DNA of 63,799 nt, filler included, from Vannella sp. (taxonomy: Eukaryota), in NCBI GenBank assembly GCA_023345925.1. It is 7 parts of 7 records of this genome, joined end to end, with 100 filler letters (N's around TTAATTAATTAA, not from the genome) between each part and the next. Parts side by side here need not be neighbours in the genome. Positions count along the whole stretch, not along the records: positions 50,878 to 60,627 come from JAJQQN010000205.1; positions 60,728 to 63,799 come from JAJQQN010000614.1; 5 more parts are not named here. One strand, written 5' to 3'. Shown one piece after another: positions 56,901-63,799 of this stretch (positions are counted from its first letter, which is position 1; each line of letters starts with the position of its first letter). Both the position numbers and the translations under genes were made by a program. Under the pieces are notes generated by a model. That model was not told the origin of the DNA. It saw only the letters and a program-made list of their open reading frames with translations, and searched no databases.

Positions 56901-59895
56901 GACATCTGCTCAAAGCATCGAAAACCCCCCAGAGATTTAAGTTCCTCCTGCAACTTCACAGATTCTGCAATCCAGTCCTCGACTGGACCGCCCATCTTAA
57001 GATGTGCGCCCATGGTATTGAGGAGTTCTAAGCCAAGAGTGGTTGACTGTTGATAATCCGAAATAGCATTGAAAAGCGCCAAGCGAATCCTTGTAAATTC
57101 AATCGATTCTTCCTCACTGCGAGCATGCTTAATTGCTACGAGGAAAGCATTGTCAGCAACCTCAAATTCTTGAAGTAAGAATGCACATTCCATAATCACC
57201 CGGTATGTTTCTAGGGCAAGAGAATGATGGTCAATCCACATGCCTTCTTCTCCATACAAAGTCTCCATAATTTTGAGATTATCTCGTGATAGGTTTAAGG
57301 CCTGATCATATCCTCCAGCACTTGAAGCAACTGAAGCTGCCAAATGGTTGATCTCAAGTAGAGCTAAAGATGATTCCGGACAACAGAGAACAGAGGAATG
57401 AGCAAAATTAAGGTGTCTTGCAACACAAAAGAGCTTCGTGATTGGCCATTTGGATGGTGTCTCATCCACCTCCAATCTGGTCCTATTCCCAATGGTAAAG
57501 TGAATTTGTTCGCGCCGCTCCGGATTCATGCCAATTGAAAGACCTTCCTGAATGCGATCATGTGAGAACTGGAAGAGCATGTCAGCATCCGCGCTAAAGT
57601 TGGATACGCTATTAATGTTACTGCGATTGAAAATCATCCCACGATAGATTGCCTGAGCCAGCTCCTGTAAGATGAGATACAAAGGCTTCTCCAAGATAAG
57701 AGAAAGACTGCTCAATGTAAACCAAGAGTCCAAACAAGAGGCAACCTCAAGTGCTTGTCGAGAGGAAATGGAAAGATTGTCAATGTCCCCAGCGACAAGG
57801 CGGAACCACTCGCTGCTTTTGATACCAGAAGCATGCTCCAGCTCATCCCATTGGAATGTCCAGCATTGAAGACTGGAGTCATAACGGATGGTAGAAGACT
57901 CGTAGGCTTGAGAAACGACTTGGGCCAATAAGAATGGATTCCCTTTGGTCCTTTTGTGGAGAATTGTTGCCAACTTCGTCAATTTGCACTCTTCGAATCC
58001 CAACATACTTGCCAATAGACTTTCCGTTTCAACTACCGACAAACCCCTTAGTGTAATGTTCTCCACTCGGACGGATCGAAAATCCCGAAAGTCCTTTTTC
58101 AACTGATGGACTGGATAATACTCTCTCCGAGACTGCGTTGGCCTGTGGGGAATAATGAATAGAGCACGCACATCGGGCTTGTCCATGAATGCTTTCAAAA
58201 GCGATGCACAACTCTCTGTCGCCCATTGAAGGTCGTCAAAGACCAAGACCAAGGGAAGAAGCTCACTCAGGGAGCACATAGCTGCCATCCAACGCCCTAC
58301 AGCATCCTCAATCCGCGCGCGATTCTCAGAGGCAGAGAGGACCATGACAGGGCATCGAGTCGGGAACAAGGTACCCATCACAGGAATCAGTTGGTCCGTA
58401 ATAATCTGAATCATCAATTCGCTCATATGGGAAGACATAGATTCTCTGACAGCTTGGGCCCCGTGAATGGATACAGTTTGATGGAAGATCTGCTCCATAA
58501 CTGGTCGAAACGCAGAATACGGCGTTGACCCTTGGATTTGCTCGAATTTAGCCTGATCAAATTGAATGATAGAGCATCTAAAGGCAGACTTGACTTACCT
58601 TCCCAATGACCGGGGGCATCCCTTTGTATTTGGATGCGAATTGGCATTCTTGAATTTCCCTGAGGCAATCACCCACTCTGGGGGCTTGTGAGCTACCTAT
58701 CTGGTGAATGGAAAGGAAATACATACAATACGCTCTTGCCCACTCCAGAACCGCCTTCAATGAAAAAAGCAACGCTTTTCCTGTCTGCTGTGAGAGCTTG
58801 ATAGGCACGGATTATCTTCTCCACGTGATTCACGCCTCCAACGCTGCACGTTGGGAGCCTCATGAAGCTTCTTTGTCCGCGTTTCCCCAGCTCATGAACC
58901 AAATCGGCGGTACCATCTACTGAAGGAGACACACTGCAAGCTTCAGACACAGAGGGAGTGAGAATGTCTTCTGATGACTTTCGCAAGCGCGATTTGGATC
59001 GCTTTTTACCGAAGGAATGGCGTGGCCGATTCTCAATTGATAAGGTTAAGTGCTCTTGTCTTTCTCGGGGATTGGTCAAAGCCTTGTGGTCAACATCGGT
59101 TGGTAGCACCACACGTTCGCGGAGAGCGAAATCTTCAAGAAAGCTCTGAGCACTGCAGTAGCGTTTGGAAGGTTCCTTTTCCAGAAGCTTATGAATCATT
59201 GCAGCTACTGCCTTTGTAGCCCACTCTTGCTTGAGTTCTTCCAATTGAAGGAACAGAGGGGAAGGATGCAGCTCTGTGTGAGCAAGAGAAAGCTGTTGAG
59301 GACTCCGTAGGTGCCCGAATGGGGGCGAACCGGAAGCAATCTCATACAGAAGCACCCCTAAGCTATACAGATCAGCCCTGTAATCAGGTCCCTCCCTGTC
59401 TCTCTTCCATTGCTCAGGGCTGATGTACTGAAGGGTCCAGAGAGTCTCCTCGTCAAGCTTCGCCTCAATGTTATGGACTCGGAGATCGGCTGACGCAGCG
59501 AGACCAAGGCAGCGCCAGTGAAGGGCGTTATGGAAGCCCATGATGATAACATCCAGCGTTTGTGGATCGATGAGGACGTTGTGAGAGTTCAGAGCAAAGT
59601 GAGCGATGCCTGCCTGATGCATCACCTGAACGCTCTCTGCCAGGCCAATAGCCAGTGTAGGAGTGTGGTTGGTAGTCGAAGCGTCTCGTAAGAAGTGAGC
59701 CAGTGTAACACAGCCGTGGGGAATCTTCCAGGTAACCACAAGTTCGCTGTCAGTCACATGGCGCTGCGGAAGGAGGAAGTGCTTTGGTGCGTAACCATGA
59801 AGGGTGGAGCTGATGTTGACCTCTTTCCAAAGAGAGGCAACGCCCTTAAGTTCCTCAAGACGAACTTTCCTCTCCACACAATGCATTGCCGGCAA
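53969..59895 (-). CDS. Hybrid STK-like / AAA P-loop / TPR / GAF / histidine-kinase-like protein (HstK or fungal Chk1-type architecture), degenerate active sites
   Basis: YISPEQ...DYRADLYSLG; GGSGVGKS; FDDLQWA; TKGNPF; FSHDRIQE; GAF-like region; NLCSNALKFT, VEDTGIGI, FQPFSQ, GTGMGL. Confidence 0.88.
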
Positions 59896-60146
59896 TTAAT
59901 ATATGGTCCTTCCTCTCAATCCTGTGGACAACAAAGAAAAATGATTTATTGTTGACCTCTTAATTTTATCATAAATGCGAAATTTAGATGGCAGATCTAT
60001 TGGGAATCTTTTTTCCTTTTCCCAGAAGGTGTAAAACTATACGTAATGGCTCGACCCCAAAAAGTGTGGAAAAAATCGGGGGTTTTGTCCGATGAGATTG
60101 ACCTTTCGTTTCATCATCAGAAAATAGGCAATTACTTTTCTATCGT

Positions 60147-60323
60147 GAGAGAAGTCACGAGCGGTGGGGGCATTTCCCCTCATTCGGGTCCTCTGAAGCA
60201 CCCAAAAGTGAAAAAATGAAAAAATCAGACCAAAAGCTTATCCTGAAAAGATGGAGGTCATCAGGACACTCAACGCAAACACGAGTTTTGGAACCCTCTT
60301 CCCCTTCGCTCGTGGATTTTCTC
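60147..60323. repeat. Dispersed non-coding element, copy B, with imperfect terminal inverted repeats
   Basis: Homologous to 35601-35753; GAGAGAAGTCACGAGCG at the left end is nearly complementary to CGCTCGTGGATTTTCTC at the right end. Confidence 0.85.
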
Positions 60324-60627
60324 CGTTTGGGATAGCACATCAAAGCCGCGTGCTTCATTCACAATTCGCAATTTTCAGGCATCAATGCGACTATTTGTAT
60401 GTTGTCAGGTCACTTTTCCTTCGTTTGAGAGGATGGTCAAATGAGCCGAAAAAGTGTTAAAAGTTCATTGGTGATCATCTGAACTGATAGATCGACTCAT
60501 AAAAGGGGATATATCCACAATACTCATTTTGAATCAGGCGATTGCACATTTGGATCGCTCTTGGGTGTGAGGGCTTGAAGTAATAGTATTGCTGGCTGGT
60601 AGAGCAGGTTTAGATGCTCCTTTGTGG

Positions 60628-60727
60628 NNNNNNNNNNNNNNNNNNNNNNNNNNNNNNNNNNNNNNNNNNNNTTAATTAATTAANNNNNNNNNNNNNNNNN
60701 NNNNNNNNNNNNNNNNNNNNNNNNNNN
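60628..60727. other. Artificial contig-joining spacer
   Basis: N-run containing TTAATTAATTAA. Confidence 0.98.
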
Positions 60728-62874
60728 GACGCTCATTGCCTCCACAACGAATATCTCTCGTATCCTCAAAGAGTTCACTGTGCGTACCACTTGCTCGTTG
60801 TCTCCTACGCTAGCTCACCTTCATTCCTTCTCTAGTACTACGTGAAGAACGAAGACAAGGCATTCGTGAGGGATGCTATTCAAGCCATTGGGGCCTCCGC
60901 CATCCGCCTGCCAGAGGTACAAGACTCCTGCATGTCTGGCCTGATCTCTATCCTGTACAACCGCTCAGAGAAGGTCGTGGCGGAGTCTGTTGTGGTCGTA
61001 AAGCAGCTCCTCCAACTCGGAGCTGGCAAAGACGTGCGCGTGATCACTCACTGGCACAGCTTCTGGATGCCATGCGCGTGCCCAATGCTCGTGCATCGAT
61101 CATTTGGATCGTGGGTGAGTACGCTGACTCGATCCCACTGCTCGCCCCAGACATCCTCCGCCGCTTGGCCACCTCTTTCAAGACGGAAGACCAGGTCGTC
61201 AAGCAACAGGTGTTGAACCTTTCCACGAAGCTGCTCATGCGCCACCCAGAGGACGCTACTCTAAGCCAGATCTTCCAATACGTCTGCAACATGACAAAAT
61301 TCGACCTCCACTATGACCTGAGGGACCGAGCGCGTACCTTCCGCGCGATCTTGATGTCTTCTTCAGCTCCAATCCTTCGCCAGCGAGCTCTCCAGCTGTT
61401 GGTTGCGGAGAAACCTGCTCCAGAAGTGGCCGTTGATGAGGAGAACTTCATGCTCAACTCTCTCTCTCATGTGGTCAACCACACCGCCATTGGGTACCTC
61501 CCTCTGCGAGACTGGCCAGTTGGTGCAGTTCCTGATCCTCGCCTTCGTGATCAAGCAGCCCGTAAACAGCGCTCGACCTATGTGGGAGGTGGTGCTGGTG
61601 CATTCCCCGCGAGCCGCCCAGCAGCTGCTACTCCGGGGACACCATCAGGTTTCTACAGCGATGAAGAGAGCAGTGAATACTCTGACTTCTCAGGCGAAGA
61701 GGGCTTTGACGACGATGACGACGACTTCTACAACGATAAGCCAAAAACAAAGAAGGCAGCCCCCTCAAAGCCTCCTGCTAAGTCAGGGTCTAAGCCATCA
61801 GGAGCCGCTGCATTCTTTGGCACGACACCAACCAAGAAGGCAGCCCCCACAAAGGAGCCGAAGGGAAAGAGCAGCTTCTATGAAGAGGGCGACGATGACT
61901 TTTCAGATGATAGTGATGAAGGCATGGCTCCTCCAGCCAAGCCCAAAGGAGGCAAGGCAAATGCTAATGCGAATGTTTTTGCTGGGTTTGGCTCTGCAGC
62001 TCCAGCAGCCTCCCCCAAGGCACCCTCCAAACCGGCAGCGGCACCTGCTCGTGCAGCGACTGATTTGCTGACGACTGACTTATTGGACTTAAACCTGGAC
62101 TTTGGAGGGTCCAGCGGTGCTCCTGTTGGTTTGGTAGCATCCATTGCCCCCATGGCTCCCGCTCCAATGAGTGGGGGAAGTCCTCTTGTGAACCGTCAGG
62201 TTACTGTGCTCAAGAGGGTTCTTCTTAAAGACGTCGTGTCGCAAGGACTCAAGGTGGAATACACTTTCTTGCGCCGCCCTTCCACCAAAGGGCCCAACTA
62301 TGTTCCTATTCAACTTCTGTTCCTCAACAATACGACATCGGCTTTGTCGAACCTTCGCCTCCTCCCTGGTGACCTTCCGCCAGGCGCTGAGGTGACAGAG
62401 TCTGATGCAATCAACTATCTCCCACCTCATGGACAAGCAGAAGTTATCATCAATGTCAAGTTCGTGTCCGCAACGACCACTCTCAAAGCAAAGGTTGTGC
62501 ACGAGTCCAACTCGTACCCTGTTGAGATCATTCCTGTGCCTGGGGAGCTTCTCACCTCATCGAATATGAGTGCAGATGAGTTCTCGGTTCTGCAAAAGAA
62601 GCTGGGAGGGATGCAGGAGGTCACTTCCAAGTTCATCCTCGCATCTGCCGATGTCCCCCAATCCGTGCTGGTGGAGGCTAATCTGACCCTGATTCGCAAT
62701 GATAGCACCGCTGGGCTTTACCTCTTCGCTTCTAAGACCGCTTTGGACAACCAGGATCTCCTCGTGTCCGTGGAGGTACGCGATGGACATGCTCGACTCA
62801 AAGTCAACTGCAGCAACTCCATGTTCGCCACCACGCTCAACCGCGAGTTAAAGAAAGCCCTCGAAAAGAAGTAG
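60728..62874 (+). CDS. AP3B: AP-3 complex beta subunit (5' truncated; apparent 1-nt frameshift near 61050)
   Basis: AIQAIG, VVAESVVVVKQLLQ, ARASIIWIVGEY, APDILRRLATSF, YDLRDRAR, SLSHVVNHTAIGYLPLRDW, acidic hinge, ear domain. Confidence 0.93.
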
Positions 62875-62961
62875 TAATGATGTAAGCTCTCCTTCTCCAA
62901 TAAACAGTCCCGCACCGCCACACGAGGAAAGGAACTATCTTCATGTGGTCAAGGCATTATG

Positions 62962-63705
62962 TTACAGGGTGGAGAGGAGCGACTGGATGGGTGGCAATGT
63001 GATGGCCTTGGGCCGAGGAGCTTCATAAGCCTCTTTGACTTCTTCTTCTCGGTGCCGTTCCTCCACTTGTTCCAAAAGGGACTGGAGAGGTGGGAAGGAG
63101 AAAGCGGAATGGTCTGGAACGGAGGCTTGGGGTTGCGTTCTATGGGATAGAAGGGGAGGTAGAAAAGCAGGCTCCTCTTTGGGTGGCATATCAGCAAGTG
63201 GAAGAGAACTGGGGGAAAGTGTCGACCACATGGACGTCGCTGACACAGGAGAAACGGACGGTGTCCATTCCCAATTAGCGTGGGCCAGTTGGAAGGTAGA
63301 AGAACAATGAGATCCAGGGACAATAGCAAAGTCCTCCTCAGGGGAAGACAAGCAATCTCCCTCGGGTTGGCGGCCCTCCAAGATGGCTTGACGGGCCGCC
63401 TTCAAAAGATCCAGCTGCAATGACGTTCGGTGTCTATACTTGGGGTCACCACTCTCAATACCAGCAATGGTTTTGTTCAGACTGTTCATCTGGGAGGCCA
63501 TCAGTTACCATGACCACACGAGAACACGGTCGGGCTTTCTCACCTTGCGGAAGGGCCACCGGGGCACTCCATGGCGACGACAGTTTCTCTTGAGGACGGT
63601 GACGCAAACGCCCAGTTGTTTGGCGGCCTGTTCAATAGGCAAATGGAACGTATCCTTCAGTGTATCAAACTCAATAGAAGTGACTATCTCAATAGGGCGA
63701 CTCAT
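62962..63705 (-). CDS. RWP-RK domain transcription factor, 1 intron
   Basis: FHLPIEQAAKQLGVCVTVLKRNCRRHGVPRWPFRK; intron ~63490-63543 joins to MNSLNK; C-terminal LPPIQSLL. Confidence 0.92.
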
Positions 63706-63799
63706 GAACACAAGGACGAGCAAAGGTGCTTTGAGACTTGGAGGGAGGACCGGTGAAGAAGAAATGGAGCCCGGAGCTGAGCTGGCGAATCTTCAAAGA

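Noticed and set aside
61045..61056. Frameshift in AP3B as a pseudogene or programmed frameshift
   Set aside because: One missing base (CAC-TGGCA) restores ITHLAQLLDAM in an otherwise intact conserved gene; most likely a sequencing error.
1..63799. Whole window as a functional gene cluster (signalling kinases with the PKI-like peptides; ENGase with mannosidase)
   Set aside because: The genes lie on different contigs joined artificially, so adjacency across spacers carries no information.

Overview
Eukaryotic (protist, probably amoebozoan; this is inference) nuclear DNA. It is not one continuous locus: seven contigs are joined by six artificial 100-nt spacers (N44-TTAATTAATTAA-N44), so gene order across spacers cannot be trusted. 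The DNA is gene-dense, with short (about 45-85 nt) spliceosomal introns and intergenic gaps down to about 20 nt. About 27 genes can be recognised: Sec7 ArfGEF, RCC1-repeat protein, PH protein, GH85 ENGase, transaldolase, TRANK1-like helicase, KXD1, FAD2, synapsin-like, DH-DEP-DUF547 protein, TLC protein, GUF1, TMEM181-like, MTMR14, DEP-DEP-AGC kinase, glycogen synthase, ORC4, GH38 mannosidase, SMYD-like, LCAT-ankyrin-SH3 fusion, nitronate monooxygenase, Cdh1/FZR1, a STK-AAA-HK hybrid, AP3B and an RWP-RK factor. The best candidate for something new is a tandem pair of 72/75-aa microproteins (43284-44095) with a coding-type substitution pattern, each carrying repeated PKI-like PKA pseudosubstrate motifs (RRGAL, RRAAV, mostly with Phe at P-11). 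Also notable: a dispersed ~160-nt non-coding element upstream of two kinase genes, a hybrid kinase whose phospho-His is replaced by Asp, a RelE-like domain on the helicase, and several unusual domain fusions. Gene models and family calls were made by eye and are unverified by search.
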